64,000 nucleotides of DNA, from the NCBI GenBank assembly GCA_963824175.1, contig CAWGOD010000001.1, positions 56,712 through 120,711 of the forward strand, read 5' to 3'. The stretch's first letter is position 1. Each line of letters starts with the position of its first letter. The DNA is from an uncultured Chloroflexia bacterium. GTDB taxonomy: Bacteria; Chloroflexota; Anaerolineae; Anaerolineales; UBA11858. Shown piece by piece: positions 1 through 11,256 of this stretch. Position numbers and translations under genes: made by a program. Under the pieces are notes generated by a model. That model was not told where the DNA came from and did not search any database. It saw only the letters and a list, made by a program, of their open reading frames with translations.

Positions 1-494
1 AAGCAGATATATTCCAGCTTGTGATTGACGAGATCTACAAACCTTTGAATATGGGACCGGGTGTGTTTTCATCTGTGAGAACAAAAGATAATAACTGGCA
101 GGGACTGCCGGTCGGAGGTTATGGGATTTGGTGGGTTCCGGATGATCTGGCTAAATTGACAACATTCTTGAATAACGATCAAGGGCAGATCAATGGTAAA
201 CAAATCTTGGATCCTGTCCAGCTTAGGGCAGCGCTTCAGCAAGATCCCCAGGATCGGGGCGTCGTTAGGGATGGAGCTGGTCGCTATAATAATGCCTTCT
301 GGGCAGATCAATATACATCTGCCCGGGATTCATCGTGTAGTTTTTGGGTACCGCATATGTATGGATATAGCGGGATTGTGGTTGCGCTGATCCCGAACGG
401 GACCGCATATTATTACGCCAGTGATAACCAGCAATTCACGACTTCCAAAGTCATCCAGGAATCAGACTTAATCATTCCGGTGTGTAATGATTAG
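1..494 (+). CDS. Serine hydrolase (beta-lactamase-like) C-terminal fragment; 5' end lies outside the window
   Basis: The reading frame is open back to the window edge. The C-terminal HMYGYSGIVVALIPNG region resembles the H/KxG box region of class-C beta-lactamase-like hydrolases. The N-terminal SxxK motif is not visible. Confidence 0.4.
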   Translation, partial: ADIFQLVIDEIYKPLNMGPGVFSSVRTKDNNWQGLPVGGYGIWWVPDDLAKLTTFLNNDQGQINGKQILDPVQLRAALQQDPQDRGVVRDGAGRYNNAFWADQYTSARDSSCSFWVPHMYGYSGIVVALIPNGTAYYYASDNQQFTTSKVIQESDLIIPVCND

Positions 495-539
495 GTCGGT
501 TTTTGTGGGAGGTGAAATTTAGGAATATGTTTTTGGTGG

Positions 540-1898
540 CTACAACCTGGCTGCCAAAAACGGCACCAGCATCTCTTCAGCAGACAGGCCGCCGTGTCGG
601 CCGATCAATGGATTGGGTTTGCTGGCCCACCACCAGTAAGCGTTTCCTTTTGCAGCAACGATCAAGTCGCCCAGGCGGCTGTAGATCTCAGGGTGGATAG
701 GGCCTGCCCCAAATAGTCCGCCGGTCACGGCTTCTTCCGGATCGATGGTGCAAAACTGATCTGGCCAGGTATTTTCGATATAGTCTTTCACTGCCTCAAC
801 TTTCCCAGGCCTGATATGCAAATAGGCTAATCGGTTTTCACCGGTCGGTTTCAAATGCAGCATTCCAGTAAAATCCGGATGGTTCTTCAAGTCATAATGG
901 TCGTCTGTGTTATCAGTTGTGATCTGGCCGTGGTCAGCTGCTAGCATGACCACAGTATCATTTTTAATATCCGGATCAAGCCTATCCAGGAAATAGGTCT
1001 TAAAATTACGGCTGAAGTCCACGAATTCTGCCTTGGCCCTTTCGCTGTCCGGACCATGTAGATGGGAAATTCCATCCAATCGATCCCAATATGCCCAGAT
1101 ATACTTTGAGGTATCCTTCTTCGATTCCAGCAGCTCACGGATGCTGATCCACAAATCTGGGGCTGAACTGATGGCATGCCGGTTTGCATCCTGCATGAAC
1201 ATACGGGATAGCCCTGAATTACTGATCGCATAATGTTGGAAGGCATGGACCTCTACACCATGATCCAGGAAGTGTTTTGAGTTTGATTTTACTGTAAGGT
1301 AATTTTCTGGGTCAAAACCGGCCAGGGTCAGATCACCACCAGGCTGGCGATAGGTGATAGGCTTATGTGAGATCATGTTAGCTGTGATACCGAACTCTTT
1401 CAGCCACATTTCATAGCCCATGACTCCGTGTTCCGCAGCCGAGCTGTCAGTCCAATAGGAGGTAATGGCGGCGCAGGTAGTGCTGGGGCAGATCGAGGTC
1501 GCTGGGGCCAGGAATCCTGATTTCAGCAACTTATTCCAGGGTAGAGTTGCATCTTCTGCCAACCATTTTTCCAAGCGGTGAAAGGCGAGCGCGTCAACCA
1601 AGACCAATATGACATTCTTTACACCATCCCGGATGGGATCTAACAAGGTCTGATCCACAGGATTATGCTTAAAACCTGGTACGTCCATAAGATAGGCTGC
1701 GCTGGCGGGAATGTTAAGTATCGATCGGTCGAGGTATTCGGGAGCGATAAAATCTCCACATTCCAGGACCTGATGGATATGATTTGAGGTAATTGCGGAT
1801 TCAGTTTTCAATTCTTGTGTCCTATATTGAGTTGAATGATCTAGATAATATAAATTATATCCCTTTGGAGTTGGAATGGTATTTGGCTTTGATATCAA
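540..1898 (-). CDS. Alkaline-phosphatase superfamily protein (type I phosphodiesterase / nucleotide pyrophosphatase-like)
   Basis: Intact 452-aa ORF. VILVLVDALAFH and MLAADHGQ motifs are typical of AlkP-superfamily metal sites. Confidence 0.7.
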   Translation of the reverse strand: MISKPNTIPTPKGYNLYYLDHSTQYRTQELKTESAITSNHIHQVLECGDFIAPEYLDRSILNIPASAAYLMDVPGFKHNPVDQTLLDPIRDGVKNVILVLVDALAFHRLEKWLAEDATLPWNKLLKSGFLAPATSICPSTTCAAITSYWTDSSAAEHGVMGYEMWLKEFGITANMISHKPITYRQPGGDLTLAGFDPENYLTVKSNSKHFLDHGVEVHAFQHYAISNSGLSRMFMQDANRHAISSAPDLWISIRELLESKKDTSKYIWAYWDRLDGISHLHGPDSERAKAEFVDFSRNFKTYFLDRLDPDIKNDTVVMLAADHGQITTDNTDDHYDLKNHPDFTGMLHLKPTGENRLAYLHIRPGKVEAVKDYIENTWPDQFCTIDPEEAVTGGLFGAGPIHPEIYSRLGDLIVAAKGNAYWWWASKPNPLIGRHGGLSAEEMLVPFLAARL

Positions 1899-2016
1899 AA
1901 TAGTGCCAAAGATACCATTAATTAGTCTATTTTTTTAAGTTAGAATAATATTTCTGACGTTATAATAAGTTCAAGAAAATCCGGATAATGAACATCAAAT
2001 TTCCTACCAGGAGAAC

Positions 2017-3706
2017 GTGTTGATGAGTTGGCCGGCAGCAGTCAAAGAATGGATCCAGAAAATATTCACACCTCGTAAACTGCGCCAATTTCGAGAGTCG
2101 CTAACGGGGTATTTATTTGTAACCCCGGCATTATTACTGATCTTCACTTTTGGGATTTTCCCGGTAGCTTTCGCTCTCTTTGTCAGCCTGCATAAGTGGC
2201 GCATCGTCCGGACAGAATTTGTGGGTCTGGGTAATTATATCCGTGCCGTTGGCAACCTGGCTTACGTTGCTGGTTTTTTCCTTGGAGCCGGAGCATTAAT
2301 TGGTGTGTACTTCCTTATTAAGAAGCTGATCCAGAATGCTAAGGAATCCCACCAGAAACCTTGGCTTCTGGCACTACCTGGTCTTTTATATGCCTGGGCA
2401 GTTTTTTATTTTCTGCGCTATTTCTGGTACCAGCTGCCGGAGTTCCTGGATATCGCCCGAAAAATATTGGGGGTCGAAAAGACCCGTGAATTATTTACAC
2501 AGTTGATTCGGGACGCCTTCTACGCTCCTGCTGTGTATTATGCCTGGTATTACTTTACGGTAGTGTTGATTGCGGCGGTTGTTGTTGGTGTTTTTGCATT
2601 GATCCTCTATAAAAAACCCCAGGGCTCCGCTTTCATAGGCCAATTCACTTTGATCTGGATCGCTTTTGGATCCGGGTTGGGATTATTATATTTCACCTAT
2701 AAGGAAGTGGTTAAGGCCTACCAGATCGCATTGGAGACAAATACAGATCCTGGAATCTGGCCCCAGGTGATTGTCGTATCCGGGGGCATCATATTATTGG
2801 TCTTGGGCTGGTTAAGTTGGAATTCGGCACCCAAGGCCAGAAAAACCTGGAAATTCTGGCTTCGGATATTGGGGGCTTTCACCTTTATGACAGGTGGTTG
2901 GCTTCTTGTGGGAGAAATTCCAATTTTATTGGCAGGCGGAGATAAAGATATCTGGAATGGGTTAAAGGTGACTGTTTTCTTCTCTGCAGGCACTGTGCCG
3001 CTGCAGCTTTCTTTATCAATGTTTTTAGCCATCCTACTATTTCAAAAGCTGAAGGGTTCCGAATTCTTCCGAATGGTGTTTTTCCTACCTTATGTCACTC
3101 CCTTTATTGCCAGTGCGGCTATCTTCCGTCAGCTCTTTGCTAACAGGGATACATCGCTGATCAACCTAGTGATCCGAGCTTTTGGAGGGGAAGGGCTGGG
3201 ATGGCTGCAGGAATCCAAAGGGGTTAAATCTGCTATTAGGAGAAGCTTTGGGAATTAATCTTCCCTCCTGGATGGCAGGCCCCAGCCTGGCTTTAGTTGT
3301 GGTTATGATTCACTCCATTTGGACTTATGTAGGTTATGACACAGTTATCTATCTGGCGGGGTTGGGAAATATCCCAACAGAATTAAATGATGCGGCAGAA
3401 ATTGATGGGGCTAGCAAGTGGGAAGTGTTCAGATATGTTACTTTCCCGCTTTTATCACCAACTACATATTTTCTCTCACTGATAGCAATAATTGGTACTT
3501 TTAAAGCCTTTGCTACCTTGTGGGTATTCAGGGAAGGTCTGGCTCTGGGTACGACAGATACTTTTAGCGTTGCCATTTTCCTGGAGTTCTTTGAGAAATT
3601 ACGTTACGGCTATGCATCAGCTATGGCTTTCGTTCTTTTCGCTATTATCTTGGGCTTGACGATTATCAATAATCGTTTCCAGGGATCAAAAGTGTTTTAT
3701 TTGTAA
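2017..3706 (+). CDS. Carbohydrate ABC transporter permease (MalF-like); one frame break near 3220
   Basis: ORFs 2017-3258 and 3182-3706 read together as one multi-TM permease. The EAA loop LNDAAEIDGASKWEVFRYVTFPLL lies in the second piece. Confidence 0.8.
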
Positions 3707-3754
3707 GTGGAAGGATTGCGGATATGAATCTTTACACGTTCGCCAATAATAAAG

Positions 3755-4567
3755 GTGCTTGTATATACACTCTTGATCGTTGGGGCTGTTGTTTCTCTGG
3801 TGCCATTTGTGTACATGATCTCAACGTCCTTGAAGACAATCGGCGAAGCCTTAGGAACTCAGTTCTTTCCCAAGATCCCTCAGTGGGGGAACTACCTGGA
3901 AGCCTGGGATCGAGCGGCATTCTCTTTATATTTTTTCAACAGCATAAAGATTACAGCGATTACCCTGATTGGCAGTGTCAGTATCAGTGTATTGGCTGCC
4001 TATGGGTTCTCGCGGATAAATTTCCCTGGAAGGGACCTGATCTTCGGTATTTTACTCAGTACGATGATGGTTCCTGCCATGGTAAATATAATCCCTAACT
4101 TTTTGACAGTGACCTGGTTGGGTCGGATCGGCCCAATTAAATGGATCAACAACTGGCCAGCTCTGACTGTGCCCTTTATGGGTAGCGTATTTAACATTTT
4201 CCTGCTGCGCCAGTTTTTTGCCCAGATCCCGGATGAGCTCTTTGATGCTGCGCGCATTGATGGATCGGGACATTTGCGCTTTTTATTCCAGGTAGTGCTG
4301 CCGCTGTCCAAAGCTCCTATGATGGTCATTCTTGTTTTGACCTTTATAGGCTCCTGGAATTCGCTGGCCTGGCCCTTGCTGGTGACCAACACGCCGGAAT
4401 GGCGGCCAATTTCTGTAGGTATGATGAACTTTGTCACAGAATCCGGAACGGAAATCCACTATATTATGGCAGGCGCATTAATAACCATTATCCCGATCCT
4501 GATCCTGTATTTTTTCACACAGAAACAGTTCACAGAGAGTATTGCTCGCAGTGGGCTTAAAGGATAA
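3755..4567 (+). CDS. Carbohydrate ABC transporter permease (MalG-like)
   Basis: 270-aa ORF with EAA loop DAARIDGSGHLRFLFQVVLPL. It starts at a GTG; an upstream ATG at 3724 is out of frame, so the true start may be masked by an indel. Confidence 0.85.
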   Translation: MLVYTLLIVGAVVSLVPFVYMISTSLKTIGEALGTQFFPKIPQWGNYLEAWDRAAFSLYFFNSIKITAITLIGSVSISVLAAYGFSRINFPGRDLIFGILLSTMMVPAMVNIIPNFLTVTWLGRIGPIKWINNWPALTVPFMGSVFNIFLLRQFFAQIPDELFDAARIDGSGHLRFLFQVVLPLSKAPMMVILVLTFIGSWNSLAWPLLVTNTPEWRPISVGMMNFVTESGTEIHYIMAGALITIIPILILYFFTQKQFTESIARSGLKG

Positions 4568-4663
4568 AGTATTTATATATTTCCTTCTGATTAAAGGAGG
4601 TGGTGTCCCATATCATATTAATTGATTGGCCGTTTTACCAGACAATATCTTTGAGGAGAAAAA

Positions 4664-6073
4664 ATGCCTAAGAAACTGATCACTATTTTATTTGCTTCCT
4701 TGCTGGTGTTATCAATGGTGCTGAGCGCCTGCGCGCCTCCCCCGGCACCGACAGAAGAACCAGTCGTGGAAGAAGTAGAAGAACCCGTTGTTGAAGAAGA
4801 GGAAGAGGCTGAGGTAGAAGAAGAACCGATGCTGGACCTCAGCGGCACCACAGTTGATTTCTGGCACGTTTATGGTGAAGGTGATGATTTGGCTCTGCTT
4901 ATTGAGCCATTGGTAGAAGAATTCAATGCCAGTAATGAATATGGCATTACCGTTACTTCAGTTGATCAGGGTGATTATGACCCCCTGGAAGATGCTATGA
5001 ACGCAGGAATCCAGTCAGGAGACCTGCCCCAGCTCGTCCAGGCCTATACAAGTGCCCTATATAACTGGGATACAGTAGATCTGGTTGTTGATCTTAACCC
5101 GTTTGTGGCCGATGAGACATTTGGTTTAACTGAAGATGAAATCGCCGATATTTATCCCGGAATCTATTCATTTGGTATTACCGGTGATGGACGGCGATTA
5201 TCCTGGCCTATCACTCAATCGACCAATGTGTTGGTTTACAACTTCACCTGGGCGAAAGAATTGGGTTTTGACGCATATCCCACGACCCCGGAAGAATTAA
5301 AAACACAATTGTGCGCAGCAGCAGAAGCCAATGCAAATGACGATAACCCGGATAATGACGGCACAGGAGGTATGGTCTGGTTTCCTAGTGCTTCAAACTT
5401 CCTGACTTTCCTGCATGCTTTTGGTGGGCTTGAACTAAATGCTGATGGCACTGCTTATGACTTCAACACCCCTGCAGCCAAAGCTGCAGCAATGTATATC
5501 AATGAGCTTCGTGACGCAGGCTGCACATATGAAGCTGAGGGCTACCCCAATCCCCAACAAGCCGAGCGCCTGGCTCTGGTGACCTTGAGCTCTACCGCCG
5601 GTCTGAAATACTACGGCTACGCATTTGCAGATGCCGAGAATGAAGACGAATGGGGTTTCATAGCTGCTCCCGGACCTGATGGTGGTCAAGGAACTGATTC
5701 CTATGTCCAGACCTTTGGTATCTTGAAATCCACACCGGAACAAGAACTGGCTACCTGGATTTTCTTGAAGTATCTCACCACAGCGGACGTTCAGGCTGAC
5801 TGGGTCGAGATGAGTGGCTATTTGCCGACAAAATTCTCCACTGAGGGAATGCTGGTTGATTATGTGGCAAGCGTTCCTCAGTACCAATCAAGTTTGGATC
5901 TTGCAGCCATTGGGCAGGGTGAACCAGAAACTTTCCCGGCCTGGAATTCTGTCCGCCGGGCAGTTGGAGATACGGCAGCTCAACTTTATGCAGCAGAATC
6001 GGCAGAAGCAATTGATGCCATTCTGGCCGAGTTGAACATCACCGCTGCTGAGCTGGTAGCGGAACTTGAATAA
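4664..6073 (+). CDS. ABC transporter extracellular solute-binding lipoprotein (sugar type)
   Basis: 469-aa ORF with lipobox LSMVLSAC followed by an acidic E/V/P linker. It sits directly after the two permease genes. Confidence 0.85.
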   Translation: MPKKLITILFASLLVLSMVLSACAPPPAPTEEPVVEEVEEPVVEEEEEAEVEEEPMLDLSGTTVDFWHVYGEGDDLALLIEPLVEEFNASNEYGITVTSVDQGDYDPLEDAMNAGIQSGDLPQLVQAYTSALYNWDTVDLVVDLNPFVADETFGLTEDEIADIYPGIYSFGITGDGRRLSWPITQSTNVLVYNFTWAKELGFDAYPTTPEELKTQLCAAAEANANDDNPDNDGTGGMVWFPSASNFLTFLHAFGGLELNADGTAYDFNTPAAKAAAMYINELRDAGCTYEAEGYPNPQQAERLALVTLSSTAGLKYYGYAFADAENEDEWGFIAAPGPDGGQGTDSYVQTFGILKSTPEQELATWIFLKYLTTADVQADWVEMSGYLPTKFSTEGMLVDYVASVPQYQSSLDLAAIGQGEPETFPAWNSVRRAVGDTAAQLYAAESAEAIDAILAELNITAAELVAELE

Positions 6074-6160
6074 GATAGAACCTTGAGTTACTAAAACACC
6101 TGCTGGGAACTGGAGTGCACCCCAAAAGGTGGACAAATAAATAAAACCTCTCATAACTAA

Positions 6161-6963
6161 TTATACAAACTGACGTCTGAATTCCAAGGGCGTCAGTTTT
6201 GTTTTTAGCTGGATGCGGTCATAGTTGTAGAAATGGATGTAATCATCCACAATCTGAACAGCTTCATAAAAATCTTCAATTTTGATATGACGGAGTAATT
6301 CTTCCTTCAAATGTGAAAAGAAACTTTCGGTTGGCGCATTGTCCAGGCAATTCCCTTTGCGAGACATGGATGGGACAATCCCAAATTGAGAGGTCAGGGA
6401 ACGATAGGCAAATGATTGAAACTGGTAGCCCTGATCGCTTTGGAGAATAACTCCTTCGATTGCCTGAGAGTTAGAAGATGCCAGACGAACAGCCTGCAAA
6501 ACCATTTGAGGAGATAAATTTCTAGATAGTGCATGTCCCAGGATTGTTCCATCAAAAAAGTCCTTGATGACAGCCAGATAGACAAATCCCTTTTTTGTGT
6601 TGATATAGGTAATGTCTGTACCCCATTTCTCGATTGGGGCCATTGGTGCTTAAAGTCTTGTCTCAATAGATTGGGGATAGCGTGGATCAATCTATGGCGC
6701 TCCTGGTAATGTCGGTAAGGATTTCTTTTCCTGGCAATAGAGCGAATATTGAGCTTTCTCATAAGTCTCAGGACCGATTTGTGATTGATTTTGATACCAT
6801 GCTCTTTCTCAATCCAAATCTGGATTCGCCTGTATCCATAGGTTTTTCGAGATTTCTCATAAGCCTCAAGTACCAACTGCATCCTCTCCTGGTCTGGATC
6901 TGGTCGGTCCATCCTGTTCACCCAGGCATAATAGGATGAGCGGGACACATCAAAAACAATCAC
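6161..6963 (-). CDS. IS3 OrfB transposase (DDE/rve domain); frame break near 6640
   Basis: ORFs 6394-6963 and 6161-6643 join at ...FKHQ / PIEKWGTDITYI. GVILQSDQGYQF and NCLDNAPTESFFSHLKEE are typical rve-domain motifs. Confidence 0.85.
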
Positions 6964-6972
6964 AAGCTCTCT

Positions 6973-7324
6973 TTATTCCAAATTTCCCTCTATATCGGTA
7001 TATGGCTCTATATCGAGCCCCTCTGGCAATTCTTCTCCCAGCTCGATAGCCAATGCTTTTAAAAGGGTATTCTCCATTTCCAGCTGCTCAATTCGTGGCT
7101 TCAAGACTGTCACGGTCCTTTTTAGGTCTCCCTCGGCGGGGTTTCTTCAGTCCCCCTATCCCTTCATTTCGGTAGATCCTCATCCAGGTTTTCACTCTGC
7201 CTGGATCACGAATTTCCAGTTTTTCTGTGATTTCCCGATAGAGTAATCCTTCCTCTTCTCTGAGCCGGATTGCTTCAAGTTTGGTTTCAATTGGATAGTC
7301 TTTACTGCCTTTTTTCCTGGCCAT
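6973..7324 (-). CDS. IS3 OrfA (helix-turn-helix plus leucine-zipper part); frame break near 7088
   Basis: The N-terminal piece is MARKKGSKDYPIETKLEAIRLREEEGLLYREITEKL...RGRPKK. The continuation EQLEMENTLLKALAIELGEE... lies in another frame and ends at stop 6973-6975. Confidence 0.75.
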
Positions 7325-7551
7325 ACAAAAACACCTCCTGTATTTATTATTATACGAGAGGTGTTTTTATTTCGTGTCCTGTTTTTGGGGCTCAGTTCAA
7401 ACCAGCAGGTGTTTTTCTTTATATAAGGATTGAAATTCCAAGAGGGGGCTTCCTGTTTCACTGGAAGTCCGAACGTCGGCCCACGCCGACGTCATTCTTC
7501 AAAGCACGGAAATGGTCTGTATTATCTATCTTTCTGGGACAACAGGTTATT

Positions 7552-7575
7552 AAACGTCCTTGAAGAAGGACGTTT
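7552..7575 (-). terminator. Hairpin downstream of the nuclease gene
   Basis: AAACGTCCTT-GAAG-AAGGACGTTT is a perfect 10-bp stem followed on the minus strand by TTTAAT. Confidence 0.45.
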
Positions 7576-7608
7576 GGCTTCGCCTCTCTTTGGACTTAAG
7601 TCCATACC

Positions 7609-10600
7609 TTACGGCACTAAAAACGTTCCTATTACCGGGTCATGATCGGATTTGTGGATAAACCCTTCATCATCTGAGAGGGGCAGGGGGAAATCAGCGT
7701 TGCAGTGCAGCACATAAACCTCTACCAGGTAAGCTTCCAAATTTTCATTTACAAGGATATGATCCAGTACCTGGGAGGATCCCTCATAAATATAACTGTA
7801 GCGTTCTTCTGGTTCCAGCCAATCGAAGAGATTGATCAATCCGGAGTTTTCCAGGGTTTGCAGGGGCAGCGATCTGTAGTAGGAATTCAAATCACCCATC
7901 ACAGCCAGCAGGGCTCCGGGGTGCTCTTCCTGAATTTCCTGTGCGATGTCGGCGTTCCAGGCGGCTTGGGCATTACGCCGTGGTTCTGTGGCCTTTTCAC
8001 CACCACTCATACTCGTGAAGTGATTATTTAGGAAATACACGCTTTCACCTGATCCTGCCAACTCGACTTCGATCATCAGAGGAGGTCGGCTGGTGATATT
8101 GCCGGGAGCAGGATACTGGACAATGCTGATGATCTTAGCTTGATCTCCGCGCACCAAATATCCCACATCAATGCCGCGGCTGTCGGTCCCTTCTATGAGA
8201 GCTGCCTGATAATCATACTCAGCCAAAAGTGGATCGGCAGCGATATCCTCCAGGATCTCTAGGTTCTCAACTTCCTGGAAGCCTATCACAGTGGGCAAAC
8301 CTGCGGCCTGGATGGTCTGGGCCACCCGCGAGATACTCAGCTTATATTCTCTTACCTTTGGCAGCGGAGGACTGCTGGGATGGGGGACTACAAAGTCAAA
8401 CAGGTTTTCCACATTCCATGTCATAACACTGAATTTACCTGTCTCCAGGGAGTCTAAGGGGATGATTTCCGGGAGCTGGTTCTGAACAGCATAGGCTGCA
8501 GTAGGTTCGATCTTGTAATTGCCGAAGGAGATAGGACAAAACGCCCACCAACCCGGAGACTGTATCGCCTACCGCAGTAAATACTTCCTGATTGTCCCTG
8601 TTTTCATATGTTTCGCTGCTGCCATCATCCACAAAGATCAACATGCCTTGATCCTGACCCTGCCAGACGCGGGACACATCATGTTTGGGAAGAACTATTG
8701 CATATTCTCCATAGCGCGTGGTTGGACCCACTACCAGTGCAGAACCAGTTACAGATACAAGGCTGCCTTCCAGGGCTTCAAAATAAGCCTGGCTTTCAAT
8801 GTTATCTACTGGTGGATCCAGGGCCGTTGGGACAGGAATGAAACTGCTTCCGAGAACGACAACATTAGCAGGGGAGGTGATATCCAGCTGGGTTTGCTGG
8901 AACGCTTCCCGAACGCGGCCGGTAACTGAAACCAGATCTCCGGGAGCAATCTCGGGCATATTTGGACCTGTGCTGATGAATAAACCTGGAGATGTATTGG
9001 GATCATTATCTGTTTGAAGTTCCTGGATCCAGAAACCTTCTAGGTCTGGAAAGATTCCGGTGACCACACCTTCCGTTGTGATAGTGGATAGGATATAGGG
9101 AGAGCTGGATTCATTACCCTGGACTGCCCAGATAGGAACGGAGTCTCCTGAGAAGGTGTAGGTTTCAATTCCTCCAGCAGCTTCTTGGTAGGTATCAGAG
9201 ACAACCTGGTAATTACCGAATCTCACAAACTCGGTGCTGCTTTGCAGTTTTGCCTGGAATTCCAGGTTGATCATTTCTCCATTGCCGCTTATTTCCGGGA
9301 TCTCCCAGATCACAGTGTTCCCTTCTAAGTAGCCGTTATTCTGGATATCGGTCACTTCCAGTTGGGAATCAAGAGGTGCCTGGACGACCAGGTTTGTATC
9401 ACGATCATCTCCGCGATTGATCACTGTGTAGATCACATTGAAAGGATCTCCAGGGCTAGCAGTCGTGGGTGGCTGGGCTTGGATATATAAGCCTGGGGGA
9501 TAAATTCTGACCAGGTCACTTTGCAGCCTGGGGTACAATCTCAGATTCCCGTCCAACAACTCCATAATGCCTGTGATCTGATAATATTGGTCGGATTCTA
9601 TCTCTTCAACAGTGATGCCGGTTTCTTTATCGATATAAAGAGACACCAGGTTGCCGGACTCATCAAAGAGATCGACTTCAAAGCTGTAAGTCATCTCTTC
9701 CACACGGGCTATCCGACCCTCGACTTCGACCAACCGCCCCGGGAAATATTCAGGTTCAGTGTTGATCGTATCCAGAGCCGTTTGTTCTGGTGTTTGGAGG
9801 GAATCCTTGTTTCCAGGCTGGATGATTTCAATCAGATCTTCTGAGGAAGGGATGAGTTCGATCGAATCCCGATATAACTCAATTTTTCCACGTACCTGGA
9901 CCCTGGATCCTAGCGGGATCACAAGTGAGTCTCCTGCGCCGGAGACGTAAACTTGGACACCGCCGCTTTCATCCTCAACATAAAATTTGGCTCCGCTGCC
10001 AGCATAAAATCCGCCCACATACATTGTGCTGAATCCTTCAACGACCACTTCTTTGTCAATTAACTCCCTGGCTGTGCTGATAGGGATAGCCCCGCCTCCG
10101 ATCTCACCATGAAATGGAGCTGCAAAGGCAGGCAGAACCCAGTTTCCAGCTTCAAGATAGACATTGCGGAACGTATATCCGCTGAATGTAAACTCGGCCT
10201 GGAGCGGAATGGAGCCAATAAAAGTTTCACCATCCTCAATGGAAGATATTCTGGTTGTGATCAAATTGCCATCTCGCTGGAACCCTTCCCCGTTTTCCTG
10301 GAGGAGGATATGATCCGGGAGGGGGATGGACAGAAGGTTATTATTCAGATCCTTTCCTGTTTGATTATGGATTTGGAATTCAACTGTGAACTCATCTCCA
10401 GGATTGACCTGATAAGGGAAGCTCACATCGAGCTTTAACAGATCTGCTAATTCGTGATTGTTGGAGCTGCCGGTGTTCACCAGAGATGGAGAGCTGTTGA
10501 GAGAAAAATCGATACTGTTGTCATCCGTGTCTCCGCCCCCGCTTGAAAGAGTTTCAGGAGGGCGCTGCAAGGAAAACCCCGGCTCCATTTTTACAGCGGG

Positions 10601-11065
10601 AATGCCTTCGACCATAACTGCAGGACCGGTACCCCAGCTGATCTGGTCAGCAACCTGTCCGTCTTTGCGTAGAGACAATCCGCCCCGATTTGGGACCAAG
10701 GGCTGGGTGATATTTCCATCAGGTTGGATGGGAAAGAGCTGCCCGGACTGGATCAGGGCATAATATCCCAGGGGGGGAACTAAAGTTTCTTCTGTCCATT
10801 GGAAAAGAATGATCTCCTCGCTGGAATCGTTCAACTGGTACCAGAGGATATATCCGTTCAGGTCAGCGATTGTAGTGCCAGCATTATATAGCTCAACAAA
10901 GTCGGCCTGGTTATTACCTTCCACGCCAGTGAACACTTCGCTGATCAGGATTTTTACCGGAACATTTCCCAGCGAAGATTGTGGGTCGCCTATCTCCCCG
11001 GAGCCTTTACAGCTGGTGATCAATAGGAAGATCGTTATCCAAAGCAGGTGTTTACCTTTTTTCAT
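7609..11065 (-). CDS. ExeM/NucH-family extracellular endonuclease lipoprotein (lamin-tail domain plus C-terminal EEP nuclease domain); frame break near 8505
   Basis: Lipobox LLITSC and lamin-tail motif NQADFVELYNAGTTIADLNGYILW. The tail GVLSY/SFGNYKIEPTAAY...KFSVMTWNVENLFD continues into the EEP-domain ORF 7609-8424, which ends in SDHDPV. Confidence 0.75.
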
Positions 11066-11256
11066 GTTTTCCTCACCACTAATCATTTTTTCGATACTTT
11101 ACCTAGCATTGTACATCTCTCCTACTTTATTCGCCATTAATTGATATCATTTCTCTCGTATTTTCTTGAGATTGATATTACATCATTCTAAATGCAAGTG
11201 TGCGAAGGTCATGCTAAAATACTTGAGAAGGTTAAATTTATTTGAGGAGGGTATTT

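Larger units (their letters stand above)
6111..7399 (-). mobile_element. IS3-family insertion sequence (1289 bp) with TG...CA ends and a 3-bp AAC target duplication
   Basis: The left end reads TGGAGTGCACCCCAAAAGGTGGAC. The reverse complement of the right end reads TGAACTGAGCCCCAAAAACAGGAC, giving imperfect inverted repeats of about 45 bp. AAC occurs at 6108-6110 and 7400-7402. The element carries an HTH OrfA and a DDE OrfB. Confidence 0.85.

Noticed and set aside
4730-4840. Repetitive GAAGAA / GTAGAAGAA tract inside the binding-protein gene.
   Set aside because: It encodes the acidic E/V/P linker between the lipobox and the mature domain (EEPVVEEVEEPVVEEEEEAEVEEEP). This is a low-complexity coding linker, not a mobile or regulatory repeat.
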